Assembly: GCA_050084515.1 (NCBI GenBank)
Contig: CM114271.1
Location: 18,724,001-18,788,000, forward strand
DNA length: 64,000 bases
Direction: 5' to 3'
From: Blasia pusilla
Taxonomy: Eukaryota
Under the pieces are notes generated by a model. That model did not search any database. It saw only the letters and a list, made by a program, of their open reading frames with translations, and was not told the origin of the DNA. A program made the position numbers and the translations under genes. Of this stretch, positions 48,982-62,968 are shown one piece after another. Within the stretch, counting starts at the first letter, position 1. Each line of letters starts with the position of its first letter.

Positions 48982-51900
48982 CTAGGATGAAGGGTCAGGG
49001 TTAAGCTCACCTTCCTCAGCAGCTTCATGTACAATGGGAGGAACAATGTACAACTCTGGATTAGCATATACAAATCTATATTCCTTTGAGTGTTTCCATG
49101 TGTCCATAGCAGAAATGAGGACCTTATCCACATCAAAATTCTCATTTGGATCCTCCATATTAACCCTCAGCAAAGCTTCCAAGTGATAAGAGGTTAAGCT
49201 ATTTCTTAACCTATTCTTAATGACATTCTGAATGCTAAAAGCTCTCTCACATGATGTTATTGATACACATTGGACTCTAGCTATATCACCTAAAATACAG
49301 AGATTAGCATACTTAGTCTTCAGGCTCGGACTACCACTTACCATATACGATAAGTCCTTGAAGACCTTCTCCTTCCAATCTGTCATGGCCTAAATCTTGA
49401 AGGCCAAGAATTCTTGAGGGCTGCACCATCTAGAAGAGGCTTTTTCACCCTGCCATGCAAGGTTTTTTCCTGTCCATAGAAAGAGCTCAACATTTCAAAG
49501 TCTCTCACACCCCAATCTCTTAAACTAAATATGGTAGAAGCCATTTCGGATGGATTGAGGATCTTAAAACCTCCAATGATGTTATTGTCTTCAAACCTTT
49601 CTTGCAAAGCTACACATATGGCCTCAACAAAATTCCTTTGGAAAAAAACATCTTCTTCTAAATCCTTTCCTATCACATCCCTATCCATTTGGATTGAATG
49701 AAAGAAAGAACCCCTTATCTTTGATTGCAAGCGCTGCAGATATCTATCACTAGGACCATAGTTCGAAAGGAGATGAAAACCGCTAGACTGAGAAATGAGA
49801 TAGGCATTCATATCTACACTTTCATGTACATAATTCATTCTAATATGTGCTATCTCAGTCTGAACAATAGAAGCAACGCTAGATATATCAACAAACTTCA
49901 TCTGGAATAACTTGCTCAACATTGCCATAGAATGAAGTATGTCAGCCAGAAAGTATAAAATATAAATCATTTTGAAGGACTTTAACCTCTTTAGAAGATT
50001 TGAAGCTACCCCATCATCTTCCTTGGGATTCACAGTAGAGAAGTAGACCATGACCGATTCTAAACTATCACATAAAGAAGAAACGGCTTGCCACCTGCTA
50101 AGCCATCTGACCTTTAGATAACGTTTCATGACTTTCCTACAATCATTTAGCTCTTCTTGTAGAGAAGAGAGACCAGAATTCCTCTTAGAACTCTTCTTGA
50201 AATAAAATGCAACAGAATTCAAAATGTTATCCACCTCATCACTAAGTTCCTTGCACCCTAGGCTCTTTGCTGCAACAAGAGCAGCTAAGTTTGTCTGGTG
50301 TGCCATACAGTGGACGCTTGTCATGTAAGAATTAACATTCCTCTTCAAATGGGAACCTACCCCATTCCTAGTACCTACCATAGTGTTGGCCCCATCAGAC
50401 CCAAAACCAACCATCTTCTCAAAATCCAATTCCCATTCCCTAAGTGAGGATACTAAACAATCTGAAATGGACTCGAGATCCTTGTTCTCAACCTTGATCA
50501 ATCCTAAGAAGGAGGTGCAAACTTGACCTTCATCAAGGTAAGTGACGAAGGCAACGAGGTGTCATGTTACTGATATTTCCGTGGATTCATCTACCATTAT
50601 TCCGTAAAAGGGACTAAGTCTAACCCTAGCTAGAAGCAATCTTTGAATTACCAAACTAATACATGTTATGTCTTGTCATCCTGATACATCGATTTTTTGA
50701 GCATTATAGATCCAGATTTGAGTAATGTACAGAGACCAGGGAATGAGGAAAATGCAACATTATACTTAGCCATGAAGTATGATCCTCGAAAAAGATTAAG
50801 CACCACTAAATCACAGTTTTTATTGGTGCTTGCAATAGATTTCTATGGAGTTTTTCTACCACTATATTGAGCCCAAGCCAATTTTTTTATGTTCCTTGGT
50901 GTCGCGACCCTCATGACCAAATAAGTGTCAAGCGGAACATCAGAACATTAGCGGGCTCACGCTAAGATGGTTTGCGCGTTGGAGTTGTTTCAAAGAGGAG
51001 ACAAGAGACGAGACGCGAGCGAGGAGTCGCGTTTCAGGTGTTATGGGCGCGACTGAGAAACCTGGACCAAACGCGGAATGAGACTTGAAAGAAGTCGAGT
51101 CTAGGAAGTGGGTTGCCAAAGGAAAGATCCGGATTTGGAACGCCACTAGCGTTTGAGAGTTTCCGACTGTATTTATGGCCATAACTTTTAGTGCCAAGAT
51201 GCGTTTGGAGCAAATAAGGATGCGTTGGAAAGCTTATGGAGAGCCGGTCCAAACGCATTAAAGATCCCTGCAAACGCATAAGTAGCGGCCGAGATACAAC
51301 CCAAAAAAGATTGTAAGTGGAGTCGGGTTGAGGGCCACAATGAAGGGCCCGACCCTCTTTTCCCAAAGGGAAGGGGTTATTGGAGAACCCCAGAAGTACT
51401 AGTAAGGGGGAAGGTCTCCGAGAGTGATTGGAACCCAAACTCCACTTTGGGCGCCGCGGGGCGGCTCAAGGGCATGGAACGGAACGCGAGTTTGGGGGTT
51501 GGGTTGGAAAACCTGCACCAAGTCTAGTGAGGCGATTTTAGACATCCCTCTTGGATTCCACCCCGCGACTCAATTACTTGGGTCTCGGTTCGGAACTCAC
51601 CCGAAGACCGTTGAACAATTGGGATCGCTAGGCGCGCAAGTGCCGTTTCAGATCCTTGGACTAACCAGAAAGTCTGTTCCAAGTCTTGAAGGACTTGCCA
51701 TGTGTTGGAAGCTAGGAACTAAGGAAGGTTGAGCTTGATGAGACGCCGAGTTGAAGACTCGGTGGGTTGGAACGCCGGTTGGCCAAACCCGACTAACAAG
51801 AGTGCGTGTTTGGGTCCAGATCGGCGATGAATTCGTGACCTACTGAACGCACGCTTCCGCAACACTAAAGATTGACGTTCAAGGAGAGTAGGGGCACGAC

Positions 51901-52240
51901 ACTTGGATTTACCATGGTCTGTGAAGGCAGGAATCTTCACATTGATGGCTTCGGATGTGGCAAATACAAATTTCCCTCCTGAGTCCTTGCACACTTTACA
52001 AAATACCCTCCCTGTGTGAGGCTCAAATTGAATCCATTCAAAAGCTTGATACCAAGAGTCTTTCCAAAGCATGTTGTTCTCTTAAATCTTTGAAGCGGCA
52101 AGATCTGAAGGAGAATCTTCTCCTCACATGAGTTGGTTTCTACTACTGGTTCACTAACAATCCTCTTCATAAACCCCAAATCAGTAAGGGATTTTTGTCT
52201 CTTATCCCTAGATGCATTGTTGGCTGAAATATCCTCCATA
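48982..52240 (-). pseudogene. hAT transposase of C4, disrupted
   Basis: FCKVC, DESTEISV, GSDGANTM, HCMAHQTNL, RWLSR and CERAFS. Split by the solo LTR at 50900-51901. Confidence 0.85.
50900..51901 (+). mobile_element. Solo LTR related to family B, inserted in the C4 transposase
   Basis: TGTCGCGACC...GGGCACGACA; perfect 5-bp TSD CTTGG. Confidence 0.9.
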
Positions 52241-54116
52241 AGGAACTCTGAGAGTTCAGGTTTGTATTCTTTAATATACACGCTACTCTGAAACCCTTTG
52301 TAAAGGGTTTAGGCTCGGACGGTTTCAAGGGTTTACAGAAACAATGAAAGACTCACAAAACTTCAAACAAAGAGCGATAAAGACGAGCTACAAGAGTGCA
52401 AATGAGACTCAAGTCCCCGACCCCAACTCCCTCGGGCCCTTACTCCCTGACTCCTGAGAGAAAAAAAGGAAAATAAGCAAGCGGCGAGTAGGAGGAGAAT
52501 GCAGTGTGCGTGGGCTTCTCCCAAAATGCAATGGCACAAGAACGAGGTGCGAGATCCAGCACATGAGGATTGAGGACCGAGACCCTACTCCCAAACTCTC
52601 TCCCGAGTCCCTAACTCCTACAGCAGCGATGAGGCTTGGATGAGCGTCTGAAACTCTGAGTGAGTCACACTCGCCTGTCCAACTCGCGGAACTGGATGAG
52701 GTGTGTCGAGCAGCCGATTTCTTCCGTGGAATCCTTCTCAACTTTTTGTCACGTGCGATGGCTGGCAAGCAATGCAACTGAGCAGCATGGAGCAGCTTGA
52801 ATTAGCGACTGACCAGCAAGGAGCAATAGAGCATTGAGCGAACACAATAAGAACTAAGCAATCACGCCAGTGAGCACTGAGAGCAACAAGGAGTAAACAC
52901 AATGACGAGCAAGCAACGAGGTGCCGAGGACGAGCGAGCAACGAGGCGCCAAGTACGGTGAGGACTCGAGGAGTAAGCACTAAGCAGTAAGCAAACCGAG
53001 CAACGAGCAACGAGGCGCCCAAGACGGCGAGGAGCAACACGGCGAGCAACGAGAACTCAAGACTCAGGAGTAAGCAAGAGTCTCCGACGCGGCAACGCGC
53101 ATTCAAGAAGGAACGAGGAGAAAATGAAAATCGAGTTGCAAATGTCTCCACCGAGTCAACCCCTACTCCCCTCGGCCATGCCTCCCTCTCTCCCAAAATG
53201 TGAAGTTGTGAATTGCTAGAGATCATCCGCACCTTAGAAGGGACGGTTGGATGAACCTTACACCCTCGCCCCCTTATCCACTACCCTCTTGATACCTGTC
53301 GGGGCCCAACACCTCCTCCCCCCTATCCGAAAATGCCTAAACCCTTCCACAAGTCCCGGTTACACTACCGGGAAATTCCAACCGGTTTCCTCACAACGGC
53401 CGGCATTTGTGACTTGAAGAAGCTCACTTCCGGGGATTCCTCATTCCTCTTCGGTTTCATCCCCGGGCCTGAGTTGCGTCCATCGGAAAATCTCAATTTC
53501 TGCCGGCGGCCTTTACAAAGGATGCCGGTTCTGTCCAAGCCTTGCTCTACTCTCTCTCTCTCCAGGTTTGAGGTTCCGAATTTAATGACCTTATGCGGAT
53601 AGGGTTGATTGGTCCCCCAAAAAGGATAGAGAATGAATGCATACGAGTTGCAGCAAAAAATGGGACGGATTCATGGCATCCAAATGAAGTGACCGTGGGA
53701 TCCACAGCTATCGGACGGGCAGAGGCGGTGGAAATACGATATTTGGCCGTCAAATCAAAATCTCGTTCCATTCGTTTGTTGAAGGACGAGCGGTGGGAGT
53801 AAGTACATACATATAAACATACATACTACATACATGTCCGCTTTCACATTTAACTCCGAGTCGACACGAAGTAAACGCCTGATAAGACTTCGCTAGGGGA
53901 TGAGGTGTAATGACTACGTGTATGCAACAAAAAATGAATCTGCTTAGATATCTATGGTAGTAATAATAATAGTAATCGGTGTACACACCGGTCTGCGAAA
54001 TGCGCGCGAAAGAGATGTGCGGGCAGAGCGACTGCGAGACTGAGGAAGGAATGAATAAATGAATGGATGGACGGACGGACGGACGGACCTCTGCAGATCG
54101 GCGGCGGCGCCTCATG

Positions 54117-56831
54117 TCATCTGGGGCCGGAGAGTTCGTCAGATTCGACTAAGGTGGTTACGGTGATGCCTTGATCGGACAGCGCCCGTCCGAGCTTTTC
54201 GGGATCGACCGTAAAGCTTTGTCTGCGAGGCAGCTTGAAGGACGATAAGTCGGCGAGTTCCGCCTGAGGGATGGGAGGTACGGGAGTGAGGCCTTCCAGC
54301 ATTTGGACCACCTCTTTCATGGACGGGCGACGACGGAAGTCGCGGTGGACGCACCAGTAGATTATCTGAATGACTCTTTGGAGCTGCAGTTCGGGCACTA
54401 GATCGCCCATTCTCTGGTCCACCGCGTCCCTGAGTCTACCGTCTCGGGCCATGTTCATGGCCCACGAGGGGAAGTACTCGCTGTCGAATTCCATGAAGAG
54501 GTCTAGACTTTTGCGGCCCGTCAGGATTTCGATGAGGACGATTCCGTAGCTGTAGATGTCGATCTTCTCCGACACCTGCGAGCGCAGTAGCAGCTCGGGG
54601 GCCAAGTAGCCGGGAGTGCCGCGCATGTTCGTGAACACTCCACTGTTCTCGTGATCCAACAGCTTCGAGAGGCCGAAGTCGGACACCTTGGGGAAGAAAT
54701 CCGCGTCGAGGAGGATGTTCTGCGGTTTTATGTCCATGTGCACGATACGAGAGCTGCATTCTTCGTGGAGATATGCGAGCCCGCGCGCCGTTCCCATGGA
54801 GATTTTGAACCTCGTGTTCCAACTGAGCACGAACGCGTCCGACTTCAATTCCTGCACGCTTTCTTTCGGGGCGAAGAGCCACTTATCCAGAGACCCGTTA
54901 GGCATGTATTCGTATACCAGGAGACGGTGGCCATGCTCCGCGCAGAAACCCCGCAGCCGCACCAGATTGATGTGATGAATGCTTCCGATAGTCGCCACCT
55001 CTGCCCGGAACTCCTTCTGTCCTTGCCTCGCCCCTTCCAAGCGCTTCACCGCCACCTTCATTCCATCCGCGAACACTCCCTCATACACCGTGCCGAATCC
55101 CCCGATTCCCAGCTTCGTCCGGAAGCCCCCCGTCGCCACCTGCAGATCTTTGAAACTGTACCTCGGGGGCAACCCGGGAAGAGAATCCAGAAACTCTTCC
55201 ACCCCATCCGAGGGAAACCTCCCCGACCGCCTGCCGCCCTGATTTCGCAGGCCCAATCGTCTGCGGAAAGTCCAGAGGAGAAACAGAAGGAGGACCCCTG
55301 CGCCCCCGAGGCCCGCGCTCAACCCGATCGCGAGCACATTCCCCGTCGCGTTACCCCGCACGTATGGAGGCGACCCTGGACTCCCGGGCTCCGACTGAAA
55401 ACCTCTCTTGGAACCCACGTCCAGGGCTGCGGAGAGCTTGAGCTGGGCCGAGAGGCCGGGGCGAGGGACTCTCTGGAGACTGCGAACGCTTCCTGCCAGG
55501 TAGCACGCCCCCGTGTCGTTGTGGAAGAACGACGCGCCGCACGAGCAGGTGGCGGCACAACGCTGCCTGCATTCATCGGCAGAGGAGTTCACGGAGTCGG
55601 GAGAGACGTAGCGGTTGGCGAAGTAGTCCACGCTGCTCAAGCCCACGAAGCCGTCGCGCTGGGCGATCGCAGGAGCGCCGGAGCAAGGAAGATCCGCGTT
55701 CGGCCGCTCGAGCAAAGTGCCCGCGGGCGTGCAGCCGAGAGCGGGGACGCCGGCGTCCACGGGCTCGAACGCCGTGCCGTCGGAGAAACTGGGGCACGAG
55801 CAGTGCGCGTCGGAGCAGATCCCGTAGCTCCCACAAGCGTCCGGGAGGTCGCAGGTGGACGTGATCACGCTGGCCGCCACTCGCCAAGCTCTTTCATTGA
55901 CGGCGTACACGTACAGCTCCAGGTTTCCGTCTCCATTGAGCCTCACGAATTGGTGGGGATTGAATCCGTTGCCATCCGCCGGTGTCAGCTCCACTTTGAA
56001 TCCATTGTAAAGCTTCGATCCGGAGCCTCCGCACACCGCCGTGTTCACCGCGGCCGGAGGAGCAGTCACCGAGACGTCGAACGACAGGACGAGTCCTTGC
56101 TTGTAATCCAGAACCAGCGTGGCCGGGTGATTGCACACGGCGAGCACCCCCTCCAGATCGTCCTCCATGCTAAGAGACGATATCCAGTATGGAGTTCTCT
56201 GCTGCGCGTTGCTCAGCGCGTACAGGGCCAGGCCCGCAGGTTCCACGACGAGCTTGGAGTTTCGGGAAGTGAGCGTTCCCCCGATCGAGAGCCGTTGGTT
56301 GAGGAGAAGCGTGTCGGTCGGATGATCGAAGCTCTCCCATTCGGCAGCACCTTGGGCACCCAAGAGCTTGAAATTTCCCGAGGCCTCCAATTCCAAGCCT
56401 CCGAATTTCAATCCCGCGGTAACGTTCGTCGACCAGACCTCCAGCCCGTCGGCATCCCAGAGCGCGAGGTTCCCATCCTGCTTCACCCCCACCTTAGCGT
56501 CGTGCTTCACGGGTGTGTCAGGGTTCGCGCACCACACCACATTCCACAGCGTGGCTTCGCTGTAAGGCATCGTGACGACTCCCAGAAGGAAGAAATCATC
56601 GGGACTCGAGCTTGGATGCGTGCTGTTGATGTCGTAGAAAACTAACGCAAAGCTGTTGTGCTCGTTCTCCATGAACAAGATGCGGAGAGTGTCTCCGGAC
56701 TTGCTCGTTGTGTCCAGACTTCCGTTGTTCACCACGCTCCAGCTGCTGTCGAGCGGGTACACCGTCGCCAATGCGCTTCTCGTGAAAAACGCCAGAGCCA
56801 GTAGCACATATTTACTTGCAGCGGATCTCAT
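54117..56831 (-). CDS. G-type (bulb) lectin S-receptor-like Ser/Thr kinase, SD-2 type, intronless, 904 aa
   Basis: Signal peptide; B-lectin (VVWCANP, DGNLAL, WESFDHPTDTLL); EGF-like CDLPDACGSYGIC; PAN (CxxxCxxxCSC); TM helix; complete kinase with GxGGFG, VAVKRL, HMDIKPQN (non-RD), DFG and GYLAPE. Confidence 0.95.
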   Translation of the reverse strand: MRSAASKYVLLALAFFTRSALATVYPLDSSWSVVNNGSLDTTSKSGDTLRILFMENEHNSFALVFYDINSTHPSSSPDDFFLLGVVTMPYSEATLWNVVWCANPDTPVKHDAKVGVKQDGNLALWDADGLEVWSTNVTAGLKFGGLELEASGNFKLLGAQGAAEWESFDHPTDTLLLNQRLSIGGTLTSRNSKLVVEPAGLALYALSNAQQRTPYWISSLSMEDDLEGVLAVCNHPATLVLDYKQGLVLSFDVSVTAPPAAVNTAVCGGSGSKLYNGFKVELTPADGNGFNPHQFVRLNGDGNLELYVYAVNERAWRVAASVITSTCDLPDACGSYGICSDAHCSCPSFSDGTAFEPVDAGVPALGCTPAGTLLERPNADLPCSGAPAIAQRDGFVGLSSVDYFANRYVSPDSVNSSADECRQRCAATCSCGASFFHNDTGACYLAGSVRSLQRVPRPGLSAQLKLSAALDVGSKRGFQSEPGSPGSPPYVRGNATGNVLAIGLSAGLGGAGVLLLFLLWTFRRRLGLRNQGGRRSGRFPSDGVEEFLDSLPGLPPRYSFKDLQVATGGFRTKLGIGGFGTVYEGVFADGMKVAVKRLEGARQGQKEFRAEVATIGSIHHINLVRLRGFCAEHGHRLLVYEYMPNGSLDKWLFAPKESVQELKSDAFVLSWNTRFKISMGTARGLAYLHEECSSRIVHMDIKPQNILLDADFFPKVSDFGLSKLLDHENSGVFTNMRGTPGYLAPELLLRSQVSEKIDIYSYGIVLIEILTGRKSLDLFMEFDSEYFPSWAMNMARDGRLRDAVDQRMGDLVPELQLQRVIQIIYWCVHRDFRRRPSMKEVVQMLEGLTPVPPIPQAELADLSSFKLPRRQSFTVDPEKLGRALSDQGITVTTLVESDELSGPR

Positions 56832-59800
56832 GGTTCAGGATCCAACCTGATCAACTCCTGCAATGTTTTGAAGACGAGTTTCAATAATACACCGGTAGCT
56901 CATTCGAACTGCATTCGAACTGTTGGACTCACCAGCCATCGGTGCAATGATGAAACCCGAACTATGTACCGCTCAATTTACAGTAATATTATCGATAGAT
57001 AAATCTCAATCAGAATACACGATCTAGTTCAGGCGACCGCGAATACATTCCATCCTTCCGCGGGCCATTCATCAGACTCCCCGCATGAGGATAGAAACAG
57101 CGCTGATAACTCACCTAGATTCTTCTTCTTGACAAACAATTGCAACGTCGCCTACTACTTGAGAACAAGCCTCTATCTGCCAGTGCTACATTACTTTGCG
57201 TCCGAGTCGACTGTGGAACCACTGACGAGAGAAGCAGACCAATACGATCCATTGACTTTAAAATGTTGTTGGCAGAGACAACTCCAATACATAGAGAACT
57301 ATCGACGTTCGTGAAGTATATTTGAAGGTGCCCTCACAGAGCAGAAGTGCGAGAGTTGTTTTCGGAATACGTACCACCTCGAGCGAAAGCGGTTTAGAGA
57401 GGACTCTCATTTGCAAAAGTAGACACTCGCGCGAAGCGAAGCATATTCATCAGCGCTAGCATTTTATGAAACATGAATTCATCCTGGGACTTGGATCCTT
57501 GTTGTGAGATGAACACATCGTCTCCAAACTGGTGGATCGAACTTGCAGTTCAGCTTCCTGCGAGTCATATCTCACGAGACGCCTGTAAGAATTGAATCAC
57601 GAACTCCTTTTTCCTTCTCCGACCGCCCTCTTCGCAGAACACCTTGAAGTTCTTCAAAACTTCCTGGATTCTTCTATGTCCCTGGAATGCCCGGGATCGA
57701 AAAGCCTTTGCGGGCCTACATGCGAGGAGTCATTCTCCAGTAGTGAGATCGGAACGACAGCGTGAATGAATTCCTGCGAAATCCGACCGAACACTACCGC
57801 AAGACTCTTAGCGGGCCGCAGGTAGTTCGGGCGATCCGGTCTACGGAAACGAACATTGACAGATCGATCAAATAGTCACCGACACGTCTCGGAGGCAACT
57901 CTGTCACTCTGCTCATCTACATGTCAAGGGTTTTTGTGCTTCCAGCGCACGGCAGTTCACGCTCTCCCTTTCCAAGTGCCTCTCCCTCCAACCACAATTC
58001 CACCAGGGCCATTGTTCATTCCGTGTTGTGTGTAGTGGTATCCAATTCGATCGCCGCCCGGACCGGACCGGACCGGACCGACCGCCCAGTCCCTAATGGC
58101 CAGACCTCCAAACTGTACTCCTAATTGAAGAACAGTAACAACCGAGGCAGATCTTTACCGTTGCATCTTTCCCTCTGTTCTGTTCACGAACCAACCGCCT
58201 GCGCTTCAATCTTCGATCCGCAGTAATTGCTGCGAAATGAGCTACAGGGCCAGAATCTCTGGCTCGCCTAATGCCCAGATTCGGCCGAGCCAGTGCTCAT
58301 GACCCCACTCCGAATCTCTCCCTGGACGCGAATGAAACCAGCGCACGGCGTTCACGGACCTAATGTCTCGGATTTGTTCTCCTGCGCAATGCGTTGTCCA
58401 GATCAAGGCTATCATGTTCTCGGTACACATCCCCTACACTGCTGACATTTTCAACGACTCGAGTCATACGTTCCAAGCTGACATTCCCCAGGTTAAGATA
58501 TGCATCTGCTTGAAGCAGACTACTGGGTTCCTATTCCGCTCCAGATCTCGGCCCCGATTCGGAGTAACGCAAATCCTGGCGACGACGGATTCCATGTCCA
58601 TCGCACGCTTGCGAAGCACACGACCGACTGACTGCGCGCGGGGCTCGATTCTTCGAGAGCATTGCAGGAGGGATTCGCCGAGGCTTCAGCCGCTTCACTC
58701 GCAGTCATTATGAGCGTCTGTACTCTCAGAAGAGCATAAAGACTGTCGACTCGTGGGGTTGGAAGAAGCTCTAACGCTAACTCGTCGCAGTTGGAGAAAG
58801 ACTTGCAGTGTGGTACTCGAGCATAGGTCCGCTGCATTCAACTTGGACTGACCTGGACTCTGCACTGGACATGACTGAAAAATCGTCCTGTGCACGGGAT
58901 AGAAGTGAAGAGGATGGAAGCGACCCGAAATAAATTTGGTGTAGTATCGGTGGTCGTCAAAGGATGGGGATTGTGGATGAGACATCGATACCACGGGTTC
59001 TTGAATTATCAACTTTATGCACTTGACGCATTGGGTTTTGGATAACGTGCGAATAGGACAGCTTTAAAACGCTCATGCATTCCAAATGCACTCTAGATAC
59101 GAGTATTTCGATGATTCGATCCTCTTACGCCCTTAGCATTTTCCTCTTCGAACTCTCCAAAAGTGAAGTGACGTGAATACATACATCTTTCCTCCTACTC
59201 AAAGCGAAGCCTTATGAGTGCTAACACAATGGCCATCATGTTCATGATCACACTTAGGGTTGGGCTCAGGTCACATTAGGGCTAAGGACGACTATTCTCA
59301 TTGAAATCTTGGCGCGAATTTAGCATTCCATCAATGCTAATTAATCAAACTGATCCAACTGCACCCAAAGTTGTGCAGTAATGGCGTGATCAACGAAAAG
59401 TTGTGTAGGTGTTGGGGTCGATGAAAAATCCATAGCCGAGTGGGAGGCCCATTATTATGTGACGCATTTTCCTTTTAGTAACAACACTAAGACTCCAAGA
59501 CCGTGCACGAGTGGTTGTTTTAGCCCACCTTGACGAAACACATGTCAACACACAGCAATTTCACTAAAGGTTACCCACTCTAGTGTGATAAAACGTGACT
59601 TTTCTTGTCCACTTTTTATGGTTTGAGTTTCTATGTCCATTATCTCTTACCCCCTTTCTTCTTCTTTTTCCCCCAAATTCTCATTATCCGAGAATCAATT
59701 TTCCTCCATTCACACATAACACAGCCTCTTAGAGAATTTATTTATTTATTTATTTAAAATTGACAGGAGCAAGTCACGGAAGGAAAGAAATATATTGTGG

Positions 59801-61097
59801 AGGGAAGTATGAGAAAGTGCTCAAATGAATACGACTAAATCACGGTAAAAAATAAACATATTATTTGCTGTTGCAAATTATGAGAGCGCAGAAATTGACA
59901 CGAGTAAATCGCGGACCAAACAAATATATGCGCTCAGTAAGTGAGTAAGTCGCAGCGAACGAGGACGGTGGAAGTGCTCCGGAAGTGGTCGAACGACGAG
60001 TACACGTAGGCCTTCCCGCAGAGTCGCCACCACCCCTCTCCATACATCCCCGCCGCCACGCGCCCTCATGCTGTAGAATGGAACGCGAAGACTCCGCCGT
60101 GTCTTCTCTGGCATGGAACTCGAACCTTCGCAAGATCACGAAAAGAAACTGGAAATGAGAGTATATGGAGGGCCGGTAAAAATAAATAAATAAACAAGCG
60201 CCCGATTCGTCGTGTAAAAAATAGGGTACCACAAGTGTTACTATTTTGGGTGTAACCATTTGGAATAATACATTGACAAGTGTTACTATTTTGGGTAATC
60301 ACATAGATGAGATCACTAGCCAAAGACGGATGAGGAAGAAAGAAATAGAACTCATCGGGCATCACAAAAGAACAAAGATGCACTTCGATAAAAACGGATG
60401 ATGGGAGGGGACTCAAAAGTCAAAATAGAACTCATCGACCAGAAAAGGAAGAAGGGGGCATCACAAAATGGGAGTTTTACCTACCCTAAAATGGAAGTTG
60501 CGACGACGTAAGGACAAATGGTGCGACTCCCGTCGAAGCATTGGATGCGGTTGGCGGCCGCGGATTCAAGGGTCATCTCGAACTGCAAGACTGTTTTCGA
60601 TCGTCATGATGAACGATCCGGTATTCTTAGGACCCGGTTCCATGCGACCGAGGTAGGACCCGATTCCCCTGTTCCGGATCTTGGTTGATCTGACGGATGA
60701 AATTCATGGGACTCCAACAGAATGCACACCCTTAGGGCCGGGTCCCATGGCCCGGCGCTGGTCCTTGTTAAAGCAGATCTCCATCGGACGGTCCAGAAGC
60801 TTTTATCTTGGCCCGAGTCGGTGATTTGTAAAGAGAGTTGTTGGTTTTATCTGGCAGTCCTTGGTTTTCTTGCGCCCAAAAAATTGGGCGCAAGAAATGA
60901 TTTGCGTCCTTTCGACCTCCATAACCAGTTGGAATCGGTAGAATTTTGAAAGAACCCGTTGGAATCGGTAGAATTTTGAAAAAACTGGTCCTTCTGGTTC
61001 CAGTTTTAGCCATTTTTTTCGCTTTCTTTTTGTCTGCAGGGTGACGAATAGTTTCTTGTAGCAGGAAGAATTTCTCTTCACAATCTTTCTCCAAACT

Positions 61098-62263
61098 TTA
61101 TCGAACCTTGCATTTGCATCTGCGACAGCTGCGTCCTGATGAATGTGAAGCCCCTGTTCCTCCCAGTTCTTCCTCTGATCCGAGAAATGAATCCAGTTCC
61201 ATGGACGGGGGAGGATTCAACTTGACGATTCTTTTCGTTTTAAAAGACGGTCGTTCCGCTCTGAAGTGGATCGACGACGGAGGCGGAAGGTTCTCGCCAA
61301 TTTTCGGTATGAACTTTATTACCGGGTCGAGAGCAATGAGTCGTTTCTTATGAACAGAAAGCCATCCTCGTACAATGTCCCACCTCGGTCTGCGGTCGGA
61401 GGTGTCTTGAACCTCGAGCTGATTGTTCTGGTGATCCTCTTGACTTTGAGGATCATTACTTGCAACTCTTTTCAATTGTTTGAATGATTTGGACGAGGAC
61501 TTCCTCTCACCGCAGTCATGTTTCTCCTCCGACATTCACATCTCGTCTTTGTCACTACAGCACTCTTCAAACGCTAGAGTTTTGCGGCGATGAATTTCTG
61601 CACCGCAATTTCCAGAATACAGCAGCCCTTGAATCTCGCACTGACGTTTCTGCTGATCGTCTTGTCTGTGAGCGTCAGTAACTGAAAGTTCTTCCACCTC
61701 CTCTTGATTCATCGACGTAGATTTTCTGTCGCTATCCTGGTATTTCTTTTGTGTAATCCCTGGTGGCCTTCTCCTTGACAAGAGGCCAATGGCGTACTCG
61801 CCGTTACCAGAAAATTCATGAATCGCGAGATCCTGAGCATGGGTCAGAGTCTTATCCTCATCCACCTCCTCTAATTGGAGCCTACACTGTGGAGTATGGG
61901 AATCAGACGCGCCGTTCAAGCCACACGGACTTGCGCATGACGCAAGCGGAGCTGAAAAACTGGCCTCCGCATGGTCAGAACGTTGAGGAGAAAGCAGAAC
62001 TGTTGCGTTCGACTTCTCAGACTTGTTTGCAGAGGGACCTGAGTTGCAAGTAGTATCATCCGGAATTTGACGTCTGTGTAATGACTCCGAAAACATTCAG
62101 ATGATCGCTTCTGCTTGGCACTGGCCGCAGTGACGTTTCCCAATTCCACGTGTGATCTACCTATCTGCTGATCTCGTTCCAATGTTCCGTCTTTCTTCTC
62201 TGGAGTAGTGGAATATTCAGGGAGCTTTGGGCTCTCCTGACGGACTCCTTCGATACCTGTCAC
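61098..62263 (-). pseudogene. Disrupted coding fragment of uncertain identity
   Basis: ORFs 61536-62096 and 61098-61535 are in frame and separated by one TGA. ORF 61916-62263 joins by a frameshift. Low-complexity protein with weak resemblance to an RLCK N-terminus. Confidence 0.3.
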
Positions 62264-62380
62264 TCATACCACATTCTCCTGTGAATGGTAGAGATCAATT
62301 TGCTGTGGAGCCGAAACTAAAATTTTACGAATTGCGTCGTCTCCCAGGCAGGTGAGTACTTGCGAATCAAATTCTGATTG

Positions 62381-62610
62381 CAGGCTCGTGAATAAACGTG
62401 ACCTTCTGCAACAGCTCCCACAAAGTACTCTTGCGCTTCACTATACTGTTTCCTACAGAGTGTCACACAACCAACCTGATGAAGAGCCAATGCTTTCTGT
62501 CTGGGAGACGACGCACAATCCACCGCTCGTTCAACAAGAGCGGTTCTGACTTCATATCCTCCTCCATGGCAACTTGACTAAGGAGAGAGTATAATGCGAA
62601 TGAAGTGTGT
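62381..62610 (-). pseudogene. ETO1: Fragment of an ETO1/EOL-like (ethylene overproducer, BTB-TPR) gene
   Basis: HTSFALYSLLSQVAMEEDMKSE / frameshift / LVERAVDCASSPRQKALALHQVGCVTLCRKQYSEAQEYFVGAVAEGHVYS resembles ETO1 (SQIAMEDDMKS...LAYHQLG...RKEYKDAQ...GHLYS). No flanking ETO1 exons are seen. Confidence 0.7.
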
Positions 62611-62968
62611 GGGAAAAGCTTCAGGCATGTGAGCGTGTGGGAAAAGATGGGGAATAGTAGCCAAACCCTGGTCAGACAAAATTAACAAGGTAGGATAGAC
62701 TGCACCCACAATCAGGTAATTCTTATGTGTTAGGTGACAAAGAATGTCCATATGTAAGGCCTCAAGTCCCTTTGAAAAAAATGGGACTAACATACTCTAA
62801 ATGTAGGAAATCATGTAGAGTAAGTCTAGTCTAAAGGTTAAGAGAATACGAGCTGCATAAGAGTAACAATAAAATTTTCATTACTCTTTTTCTTGGAAAG
62901 TCATATTATTTTTTCAATCCATTTTTTAAAAAATAAAAGTTTCACTATTCTTTTTCTTGCCGTTGCAG

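Larger units (their letters stand above)
48415..53544 (-). mobile_element. hAT DNA transposon C4 (both ends present), interrupted by a solo LTR
   Basis: TIRs TAGAGCTCGGACAG / CTGTCCAAGCCTTG. Perfect 8-bp TSD CTCTACTC at 48407-48414 and 53545-53552. Confidence 0.9.

Noticed and set aside
54651-56645. 664-aa plus-strand ORF
   Set aside because: Antisense shadow of the GC-rich receptor kinase gene; no recognisable domain.
57100-60450. Short ORFs upstream of the kinase
   Set aside because: No recognisable motifs or consistent exon structure by eye; a poorly conserved gene cannot be excluded.
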